Translations under genes and position numbers: made by a program
Shown here: positions 9,331 through 15,676 of the stretch, one piece after another
Position numbering within the stretch: the first letter of the stretch is position 1
Layout of the letters: every line of letters starts with the position of its first letter
The notes under the pieces: generated by a model
What the model was told of the DNA's origin: nothing
Databases searched by the model: none
What the model saw: the letters and a program-made list of their open reading frames with translations, nothing else
Assembly: GCA_018901625.1 (NCBI GenBank)
Contig: JAHIEM010000078.1
Coordinates: forward strand, 1 to 34,296
DNA: 34,296 nt
Direction of reading: 5' to 3'
Origin: Nanobdellota archaeon
GTDB taxonomy: Archaea > Nanobdellota > Nanobdellia > Pacearchaeales > GW2011-AR1

Positions 9331-9419
9331 TGGGCTCAAAACAACTCGGTTGAACATAATCATCTCAAAAAGTAGTAGCTCGTTACAAAAGTTAACCTTT
9401 AGGAGCTTTTTGTTTACAC
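9331..9419 (+). repeat. tRNA-Val-derived module M2 (5' flank + acceptor-like GGGCTCA ... degenerate core ... hairpin motif ... GTTTACAC core)
   Basis: aataataaatTGGGCTCA mirrors the tRNA-Val 5' flank and acceptor (8631-8651). Internal GCTCGTTACAAAAG is a degenerate anticodon arm. The H-like motif aaaagttaacctttaggagct is at 9387-9407 and the core at 9412-9419. No T-arm follows. Confidence 0.7.
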
Positions 9420-9468
9420 CGAACCTAACAAAGTTCTTCCAAGAAAATTAAAAACATTTTAGAATAAT

Positions 9469-9843
9469 TTATTGGACAAGTTCATAAATTCCTTTTTCTA
9501 AAACATACATATCTAAAGGATTCGGAGCTACACCCCTTAATTGTTCAGCTGCTTCATCTCTTCCAGCAGACTTAAGAGCTTCGATAACATCTGGAGAATA
9601 TGCAAGTCTTGATTCTTTAGGAATGGGAAATGTTGCCCCTGTTTGTTCTTCAATTCTTTCTTTTGTAAAAATTGTTGGAATAACCAAACCCACCAATGAC
9701 TTTCTAACTTCTAAGGGTGTATCTTCGTCCGTGCTAATTTGAGTTACTTTAACTCTTTCCCATTTACCTCTGTAAAAAGTTCCAGGAATTCCATACATAG
9801 CCATCACTTCATCTGACCCATGAATTATTACAGTTCTTGCCAT
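9469..9843 (-). CDS. Hypothetical protein (124 aa)
   Basis: ATG-initiated ORF filling one inter-core interval. No recognisable motif. Confidence 0.5.
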   Translation of the reverse strand: MARTVIIHGSDEVMAMYGIPGTFYRGKWERVKVTQISTDEDTPLEVRKSLVGLVIPTIFTKERIEEQTGATFPIPKESRLAYSPDVIEALKSAGRDEAAEQLRGVAPNPLDMYVLEKGIYELVQ

Positions 9844-9950
9844 TTCAAATCAATAAAATATACCTTTTTAAGCATTTATATGCTAAAATTCAAATTAATT
9901 TCCTTATCATAAAAAGTGTTTAATAAAAAAAGAACAATAATGTTATACTT

Positions 9951-9996
9951 GTTTACACCGAGTATTCCGAGGTTCAACTCCTCGTGGGCCCATATT
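9951..9996 (+). repeat. Orphan tRNA-Val 3' half, type a (perfect 46-nt direct repeat of 8674-8719)
   Basis: gtttacaccgagtattccgaggttcaactcctcgtgggcccatatt is identical at both positions. It covers the tRNA from the last 5'-strand anticodon-stem base (G31) through the discriminator (A73), plus 4 nt of 3' flank. Confidence 0.9.
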
Positions 9997-10003
9997 AAAC
10001 AAT

Positions 10004-10116
10004 TGGGCTCAAAACTCAAGAAAAACAACATATCAAAAAGTGCTCTTTTTATTTGGATGCTTTATGATATATTAGTTTACACCGAGTAGTCCGCAGTTCG
10101 ATCCTGCGTGGGGCCA
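10004..10116 (+). repeat. Module M3 + orphan tRNA-like 3' half, type b
   Basis: TGGGCTCAAAACTC...ACATATCAAAAAG... leads to the core at 10075-10082. Then CGAG TAGTC CGCAG TTCGATC CTGCG TGGGGCC A: a good T-arm and a different acceptor strand. Confidence 0.75.
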
Positions 10117-10165
10117 TGCAAACTAAATCGGATAGTTTTAAATAATAAGGAGCATCATTCATCTT

Positions 10166-10462
10166 ATGGACTCCCTTCCACCCCCTATCTTAATTTCAAT
10201 ACTAGGATTAATAATAATTTTACTTGTAGTCTTCTTTGTGAAAGGCAAAAAGAAAGAAAAAATGAAAAATATAAATTTGGTTCAGTTTATTACAGGAATT
10301 TGTATTGCATTAATTGGGGCAGGAATAATGTTTCATGGAAACATCTTTGGAGAAAGGAACTCAGGTATTGCTACAGTTATTGGAATTATTGGTATAGGAT
10401 TGATAGCTACATCCTATAGACACAGATTACTAAAAAAACAAGTAGTTCGTTATAAAAGTTAA
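10166..10462 (+). CDS. Small integral membrane protein (98 aa)
   Basis: Three hydrophobic segments (ILISILGLIIILLVVFFV, ICIALIGAGIMF, ATVIGIIGIGLIA). Preferred over the overlapping 10108-10419 frame. Its 3' end runs into the repeat module. Confidence 0.55.
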   Translation: MDSLPPPILISILGLIIILLVVFFVKGKKKEKMKNINLVQFITGICIALIGAGIMFHGNIFGERNSGIATVIGIIGIGLIATSYRHRLLKKQVVRYKS

Positions 10463-10509
10463 CCTTTAGGAGCTATTTGTTTACACAAAGTATAACAAAA
10501 AGGATATAC
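10433..10509 (+). repeat. Composite site: degenerate core - hairpin motif H - GTTTACAC core - hairpin motif H
   Basis: TTCGTTATAAAAG, then aaaagttaacctttaggagct (10454-10474), then the core at 10479-10486, then aaagtataacaaaaaggatatac (10487-10509). The left half is near-identical to 9366-9419. Confidence 0.7.
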
Positions 10510-10512
10510 TTT

Positions 10513-10932
10513 CTAAATCTTATTTAGCTCTTCACTTATTTTTTCTTTTATTCTAATTAGTATATCCTCTGCAACTTTAAAATCTTTGTTATAAGGAGCA
10601 TAATTTTTACCCCACCTTTCATCTATAAAAGTGGTGCCAAACAATTCTCTTTTGTCCTTATATCTCGGGATAACATGAGTATGCAAGTGAGGGGTGACAT
10701 TTGCTAGAGTAGCGTAATTATAGAGATCAGGATTAAACAATTTCTTAAAAACTTTCTTCAGTTTTTTACCTATTTTAAAATACTCTTCTTTCTCTTCATC
10801 AGTCATATCAAAGAAGTCTAAAGCATCTTTTCTTTTAGCCCAGATGTAAACCTTTCCTAAATAACATTGGTTTTCATTTAGATAAACTTCCCAGTAATCA
10901 TATTCTTTTATTAACAATTTCTTGTAATCCAT
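10513..10932 (-). CDS. HIT-family nucleotide hydrolase/transferase
   Basis: Histidine triad HLHTHVIPR near the C-terminal third. 139 aa. Starts 1 nt after the stop codon of the NYN gene. Confidence 0.75.
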   Translation of the reverse strand: MDYKKLLIKEYDYWEVYLNENQCYLGKVYIWAKRKDALDFFDMTDEEKEEYFKIGKKLKKVFKKLFNPDLYNYATLANVTPHLHTHVIPRYKDKRELFGTTFIDERWGKNYAPYNKDFKVAEDILIRIKEKISEELNKI

Positions 10933-10933
10933 T

Positions 10934-11590
10934 TTATTTTAGACAATTCTCCATAATAACATTCTTACCTAAAACCATAAATTTAAAGTTTTCTCTTAAC
11001 TCTCTTGAATATCCTTTTGCAAGAGAGACACTAAAAACTTCTTTTTTATTATTTTGAGCAAGTTTCATTGCAGGAGTAAAATCCGCATCTCCTGAAAGAA
11101 CTATTAAAGTATCCGCTTTATTTTTAATAGCATATTCAACTAAATCAACAGCAATCATTATATCAACGCCCTTTTCTTTCTTCTTTACATTTCCAATTGT
11201 ATCTAATATGTTCTGTTCAACAATCGGCTTACAATTTTCACATAACTCCATAGAGTCAATAAGCTCTTGTTTTTCTTTTAATAATTCTTTAGTCGAATGA
11301 ACTTGCAGTTTTCTTGTATGAATCGTAAACTTTGGAATCTTTCTTAAATCATCTATAAACTTGAGATGAGAAAAGTATAATTCTTTTCCATCTTTTAAGG
11401 GGGGCATAGAATTGTAATACCTTGCTTCTTTTAATTCTACATCAAACTGTTTACAAATTAAGTCTACTAGCTTATGGAAGTCTAGATTAGAAGGCTTAAT
11501 CTTCATTTGTTTTAAGTTATGATATAGGTTATTACCATCAATAAAGATAATTGCTTCTTTCGCCATTTTAGAAAATATAAAACCCGGCAT
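10934..11590 (-). CDS. NYN/LabA-like (PIN-fold) domain protein, putative RNase
   Basis: IFIDGNNLYHNL, GVDIMIAVDL and VLSGDADFTPA motifs typical of NYN/DUF88. An alternative start (MAKEA...) lies at 11566. Confidence 0.7.
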   Translation of the reverse strand: MPGFIFSKMAKEAIIFIDGNNLYHNLKQMKIKPSNLDFHKLVDLICKQFDVELKEARYYNSMPPLKDGKELYFSHLKFIDDLRKIPKFTIHTRKLQVHSTKELLKEKQELIDSMELCENCKPIVEQNILDTIGNVKKKEKGVDIMIAVDLVEYAIKNKADTLIVLSGDADFTPAMKLAQNNKKEVFSVSLAKGYSRELRENFKFMVLGKNVIMENCLK

Positions 11591-11665
11591 TGTCCGAAGA
11601 CCATACCGGGGACTTAATAATTAATATAACCACGCAGAGTATTTAAGCTTTGCTTTTTGGCTCCA

Positions 11666-11742
11666 AAGAAAGTATATCCTTTAGGATATAATCGTTTACA
11701 CCGAGAAGATCACCGGTTCGATTCCGGTAGGGACCATATTTT
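11666..11742 (+). repeat. 77-nt perfect direct repeat, copy 1: hairpin H + core + orphan tRNA-like 3' half, type c
   Basis: aagaaagtatatcctttaggatataatcgtttacaccgagaagatcaccggttcgattccggtagggaccatatttt is identical to 15253-15329. It contains T-arm ACCGG TTCGATT CCGGT and acceptor strand AGGGACC A. An acceptor-like GGCTCCA sits upstream at 11659. Confidence 0.9.
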
Positions 11743-11830
11743 TTTTGAGATAGAAAGATTTAAAAGTAACTAATAAATAATATTTTAGAGGCGATGGTAA
11801 AGAATCGCCTTAGAATTCTAAAAAACAAAA

Positions 11831-12439
11831 ATGACAAAACAGGGATTAGATAAATTAACAATAAGTCAACCAATATGGCCTGGAAAAGAACTTCAAGTTC
11901 AACCAGGAGACTTATCAAAGTTTGCTCCTTATGGAAATGGTGTTTATGGTTATCAAAGAAGTTCACTTGAACCAATTAGAGGAGACCCCCCACAAGAGGA
12001 AACAGCAGGATTAATTTATTTTGGAAATAGAGTAAAAAGAGAGGATTTTGATGGATTCTTAAGAATGATGAATGTTAGAGCAGGAAACAAAGATTATGCT
12101 GCTTTTGTTCAAGAATCTGCTAATCCACTTGAAGATAGATATTTTAAACAAATGAGACTAATGTCTAAATTTGGTCTTAGATTCATGTTTGGAGCTATTG
12201 GTAATGGAGAATATGATTCATTTAAAGAACAGGATTTAACATTAGGAGAAGCATTATGGTCTTTTATGGATGCTGAAAAAGAAAGATTTGGAACTTCTTT
12301 TGGAGACCCAAGAATTGAAGGTAAGATGGGTGGGGATGGAGATTATGCTAGAGAAGAACTTAGTTTTGGATTCATGTTAGAAAATGAGTATCATCACATT
12401 TATCGTATTTGGAGCAGAGCTTGGCTAGTCACAAAGTAA
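11831..12439 (+). CDS. Hypothetical protein (202 aa)
   Basis: ATG-initiated ORF occupying one inter-core interval. No recognisable motif. Confidence 0.5.
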   Translation: MTKQGLDKLTISQPIWPGKELQVQPGDLSKFAPYGNGVYGYQRSSLEPIRGDPPQEETAGLIYFGNRVKREDFDGFLRMMNVRAGNKDYAAFVQESANPLEDRYFKQMRLMSKFGLRFMFGAIGNGEYDSFKEQDLTLGEALWSFMDAEKERFGTSFGDPRIEGKMGGDGDYAREELSFGFMLENEYHHIYRIWSRAWLVTK

Positions 12440-12448
12440 AATTTTATA

Positions 12449-12580
12449 TGGCCCAACCACATCAAAATATCAACAAATGGCCCAAAACTCGTGTAACAAA
12501 ACATATCATAAAAAATTCTATCTAAAATAAGAAGTAATTTGAGATATTCGTTTACACAAAGTATATCAAAAAGGATATAC
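12449..12580 (+). repeat. Module M5: decayed 3'-end remnant + acceptor-like GGCCCAAAACTC + core + hairpin H
   Basis: ATGGCCCAAC...AACAAATGGCCCAAAACTCG parallels 9985-10016 (GTGGGCCCA...AACAATTGGGCTCAAAACTC). ACATATCATAAAAA is shared with M2/M3. The core is at 12550-12557, followed by aaagtatatcaaaaaggatatac (12558-12580). Confidence 0.65.
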
Positions 12581-12631
12581 TATCTTAATTCAGCTTTGGA
12601 TATATTTGTTAATTGAAAAATATCTAAAAAA

Positions 12632-13312
12632 CTACTGATAGTGTTTTATCAAACTATCTAGGACAGTATATGCTTTTGTTGAATCTTTCTCATACAAAAC
12701 AAATATAACCTGTTTGTAAGTTGAAGCAATATCTATTATGTTTATTTCCTGCTCAGCAAGTTTTCCAGTAATAAAAGAAAGAAATCCTGGAATATCTTTA
12801 GAGTAAGAAGTTGATTCTCCTGCTTCTCTCAATGAAAGCAGTGTAAGCCCCTCCTTTTTTTCTAGGATACTTTTACCAAGCCCAGAAAATTTCTTCTCAT
12901 TTTTCTTATCAATTACAACGGTAATCTCTCCACTTCCCTGAACAAAGAACATTATGTCTCCCAAGTCCCATCTAATTGTCTTAGAAATCTTATTAATTAG
13001 ATTCATTACATTCTTTGTTCTTTCTAAAGTAAATGAAGAAATTTTATTTTTCATAATCAATTCGCAATCTTTCAAAAGCTCTCCACAGTCATTCTCACTT
13101 TTAGTTACTTTAATCTCATCATAGTATCTCTGGATAGCAATTAAAACCGAAGAAAAGTTAGCCTTCTTATTCTTGTGTTTTATCTTACTTAGAATCTCGC
13201 GAGTAAGAGCAGAATAATTAATCAATCCTTTCTTCAGAACTTCATTTAAGTAAAGATTGGAGCTTATTTCTTCTTTTACTAGTTCAGCAGTTGATTTATT
13301 CCCTACATTCAT
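12632..13312 (-). CDS. Hypothetical protein, possible small-molecule-responsive regulator
   Basis: 226-aa ORF divergent from the ATP-grasp gene across a 59-nt TATA-rich spacer. The N-terminal segment is HTH-like (weak). No firm motif. Confidence 0.4.
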   Translation of the reverse strand: MNVGNKSTAELVKEEISSNLYLNEVLKKGLINYSALTREILSKIKHKNKKANFSSVLIAIQRYYDEIKVTKSENDCGELLKDCELIMKNKISSFTLERTKNVMNLINKISKTIRWDLGDIMFFVQGSGEITVVIDKKNEKKFSGLGKSILEKKEGLTLLSLREAGESTSYSKDIPGFLSFITGKLAEQEINIIDIASTYKQVIFVLYEKDSTKAYTVLDSLIKHYQ

Positions 13313-13371
13313 TTTAGTTATGTATAATATTAGACATAAAGTATAAATATCTATAGTTTAAATACTTTTTC
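13313..13371. promoter_or_regulatory. Divergent promoter region
   Basis: 59-nt spacer containing two TATA-like boxes (agtataaatatc, gtttaaatac) about 20-35 nt from the two opposing ATGs. Confidence 0.4.
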
Positions 13372-14541
13372 ATGAAAAACATAAAACTTGAAAAAGCATT
13401 GAAAGAAACATTTAACAGCGCATATTTTTTCACAAAATATCCCGAACTAAAAAACAACAAAGATACAGGAAACCCTGTATTTCCGTTCGTAGAAAATGGA
13501 TATGACAGTCAGACAATAGTTTCAGAAACAATGCGATTTTTTCCAGTTGCAGCACTAACTGGGGGAAGTTTCTTCATGCCATCTCAAGCACCAATTGAAC
13601 AAGTAGAATCATGGCTAGACTTGGGTCTCCCAATACCTGATGTACAAATATATGACAATGATGATCCGCAGGATTATACCAAAAAAGTAAATGCTCTTGC
13701 TTCTAAATCACTGCATCTTCTACATCCATTCTCCAATTTTTCATCAGAAGTATGTGCAGTAAATCCACAATTGCTCTTAGAACTAAACACGAAAAGCAGT
13801 CTTCCAAACTTAACAGAACACACGCCTAAAAAGAAAAAAGCAACTCTTCAAGAAATGTTAGCAATGCAGCCTCCATTTGTTGTGAAAAAAACAACTGGCT
13901 CATCAGGAGATGGAGTTAAGATAATCAAACGCCCAAGCCAGTTATCTGAGTTAGAATCATTTCTAAATGGATCTGAATTTTTTGTAGAAGATTACATTGA
14001 CTATGTTCATAATCATAGTCTTCAGTTTTTTGTAGACTCTAAGGGGGAAATACACTACATAGGTTATGGAGAACAGAACACAACAGAAGAAGGAGAATAC
14101 CTCGGTCTTGTTTGTATGTTAAATAAAACCCCTGCAAAAGGATTACTAAACGTTGGAGAGAAAACCTGCGCTGAAATTGCTGCAAGAGGGTACAAGGGAT
14201 TTGTAGGGCTAGACATATTAGAAGATGACGAGGGAAAATATCACATAATTGATCCAAACATAAGATGTACTGCTGCAACTCCGGTTTACCTACTTCAAGA
14301 AATACTAGTTCCAATTCTAAGTGCATATATCTATGTGGGGTCTGGCAAAATGCAAGCAGAAAACCCTTCCAAAGTAATTGAAAATATAAAAAATGCAGGG
14401 GGCGTTATGCTCTCAATGTCTCATGGAATTCATGGGCAGTACAAGTTCTTTGGCATGTTTGGTGGATCTGATTGCAAAGAAGCATTGCAAAACTGGCAGA
14501 TATTTCAGCAACAATTAAAAACCGAGAATGAGATAAAATAG
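13372..14541 (+). CDS. ATP-grasp family ligase
   Basis: VVKKTTGSSGDGVKII (phosphate-binding loop region), FVEDYID, and GFVGLDILEDDEGKYHIIDPNIR (Mg/ATP site) fit the ATP-grasp fold. Confidence 0.7.
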   Translation: MKNIKLEKALKETFNSAYFFTKYPELKNNKDTGNPVFPFVENGYDSQTIVSETMRFFPVAALTGGSFFMPSQAPIEQVESWLDLGLPIPDVQIYDNDDPQDYTKKVNALASKSLHLLHPFSNFSSEVCAVNPQLLLELNTKSSLPNLTEHTPKKKKATLQEMLAMQPPFVVKKTTGSSGDGVKIIKRPSQLSELESFLNGSEFFVEDYIDYVHNHSLQFFVDSKGEIHYIGYGEQNTTEEGEYLGLVCMLNKTPAKGLLNVGEKTCAEIAARGYKGFVGLDILEDDEGKYHIIDPNIRCTAATPVYLLQEILVPILSAYIYVGSGKMQAENPSKVIENIKNAGGVMLSMSHGIHGQYKFFGMFGGSDCKEALQNWQIFQQQLKTENEIK

Positions 14542-14542
14542 A

Positions 14543-15271
14543 ATGTGCAGACTATTCGCAATATTATCTAAAGAAAAAACAGATGCTAAGTACTGGTTTT
14601 TTGATGCAGAAATCCCTTTTAAAGATTTTTCAGAGAAAATTATCAATGGTGGTCCGCATAATAGCGGATGGGGTGTTGGCTGGCTTGACAAAAAGTGGAA
14701 GATATTCAAAGAAGGTCAGGAAAGTGTGAATAAATATGATTTCAATAAAATCAGAGAAATAAACTCAAATCTTATACTAATTCATTTAAGGCATGCTTCA
14801 TCAGGAGATAATACCACAAAAAACGCCCACCCTTTCTTATACAAAAATTGGATATTTGAACATAATGGTGGTGTTGACAGAAAAGAACTAATAAATCATT
14901 TAAATACCAATCTAAAAAATCAATTAACTAGCGAGACTGACTCCGAGGTTTTCTTCTTTTTGATAATGCAAATATTAGAAGAAAGAGGAGATATTTTAAC
15001 TGCAATAAAAGAAACTGTTAGAATTATTAAGAAATATCCTTATCGTGCGCTTAATTTTATTTTGTCAGATGGAGAAAGTGTTTATGTCTTTAGAGATATA
15101 AGTCCTAAACATATGGACAAAAAGGAATACTATTGTTTGAATTATATAACAACCGAGGATGAGGTTATAATAAGTTCAGATCCTCTAACACACGATAAAT
15201 GGATCTCAGTAAACTTAAGAGAATTATTAGAAATAAACAAGGATTTGAAAATAAGAAAGTATATCCTTTAG
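14543..15271 (+). CDS. Class II (Ntn) glutamine amidotransferase-like protein
   Basis: Begins MCRLFAI (catalytic Cys2 after Met). HLRHASSG..NAHPF and the FEHNGG motif match YafJ/GATase-2-like proteins. Starts 1 nt after the ATP-grasp stop codon. Its last codons lie in the 77-nt repeat. Confidence 0.7.
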   Translation: MCRLFAILSKEKTDAKYWFFDAEIPFKDFSEKIINGGPHNSGWGVGWLDKKWKIFKEGQESVNKYDFNKIREINSNLILIHLRHASSGDNTTKNAHPFLYKNWIFEHNGGVDRKELINHLNTNLKNQLTSETDSEVFFFLIMQILEERGDILTAIKETVRIIKKYPYRALNFILSDGESVYVFRDISPKHMDKKEYYCLNYITTEDEVIISSDPLTHDKWISVNLRELLEINKDLKIRKYIL

Positions 15272-15329
15272 GATATAATCGTTTACACCGAGAAGATCAC
15301 CGGTTCGATTCCGGTAGGGACCATATTTT
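15253..15329 (+). repeat. 77-nt perfect direct repeat, copy 2 (H + core + tRNA-like 3' half, type c)
   Basis: Identical to 11666-11742. The core is at 15281-15288 and the 3' half ends at A 15323. Confidence 0.9.
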
Positions 15330-15393
15330 ATCAGTTTCATCACTTATTCTCAAGAACAACAATACTTTTAAACCACTCAAAAGTAAGAAAACT

Positions 15394-15642
15394 ATGCCCT
15401 GCTCAAATCCCATCAATCAAAAAGGCACAGATGTTTACGAATCAACAAGAACTCCAGACAATAGAGTCCCAGTAAGAGGCCTAGAAATCAGAACAGATTC
15501 AATTGATGATGGAAATAGTGACGCAGAAGCTGAGAGAACACTCTCGCCCCCCCTTTATTATCTCGCTGCCTTTGTTCATTATCTAACACTCCCATTCAGA
15601 ACAGTTAAAACTTGCCTCAGCAGAAGAAATAAAGAAGACTAA
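15394..15642 (+). CDS. Hypothetical small protein (82 aa)
   Basis: Internal ATG of track ORF 15199-15642. The upstream part of that ORF only reads through the repeat. No motif. Confidence 0.3.
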   Translation: MPCSNPINQKGTDVYESTRTPDNRVPVRGLEIRTDSIDDGNSDAEAERTLSPPLYYLAAFVHYLTLPFRTVKTCLSRRNKED

Positions 15643-15676
15643 TAAAGTTTAAATAGCGTATTTTTCTCACTTTAAG

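Larger units (their letters stand above)
10479..11701 (+). mobile_element. Putative captured cassette E1 (HIT + NYN), bounded by core+H on the left and H+core on the right
   Basis: Left junction is GTTTACAC|AAAGTATAACAAAAAGGATATAC. Right junction is AAAGTATATCCTTTAGGATATA ATC|GTTTACAC. This is the same terminal architecture as E2. Confidence 0.4.
12550..15288 (+). mobile_element. Putative captured cassette E2 (regulator + ATP-grasp + amidotransferase), bounded by core+H on the left and H+core on the right
   Basis: Left junction is GTTTACAC|AAAGTATATCAAAAAGGATATAC. Right junction is AAAGTATATCCTTTAGGATATA ATC|GTTTACAC. The termini parallel those of E1. Confidence 0.4.

Noticed and set aside
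9951-10116. Circularly permuted tRNA-Val gene (3' half at 9951-9992, a 12-nt linker, then 5' acceptor GGGCTCA at 10005)
   Set aside because: The putative 5' part lacks any D-arm and anticodon-stem strand; about 63 nt of unrelated AT-rich sequence follows. It could not fold into a tRNA after circularisation and processing.
10108-10419. 103-aa ORF overlapping the 98-aa membrane-protein ORF in another frame
   Set aside because: It starts inside the type b tRNA-like 3' half. The alternative frame (10166-10462) gives clean transmembrane segments.
8674-15288. CRISPR array interpretation of the repeated GTTTACAC-containing units
   Set aside because: Spacing is irregular (124 to 2731 nt) and the intervals contain full genes. 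The repeat contexts differ and derive from a tRNA. No cas genes are present.
8674-15288. Canonical integron (IntI + attC) interpretation
   Set aside because: No IntI-like gene or attI was recognised. The core GTTTACA does not fit the attC R' consensus GTTRRRY because it has T at position 4. Only an integron-like analogy is retained as a hypothesis.
10075-15323. Type b and type c 3' halves as genuine split-tRNA 3' halves
   Set aside because: No matching 5' halves (GGCCCCA... or GGTCCCT...) and no complementary leader/trailer sequences were seen in the window. The type c copy is duplicated with non-tRNA flank, as expected for att-type repeats. This remains testable genome-wide.
15199-15393. 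N-terminal part of track ORF 15199-15642
   Set aside because: This stretch is simply a read-through of the amidotransferase 3' end and the 77-nt repeat. Only the internal ATG at 15394 could start an independent (still doubtful) gene.
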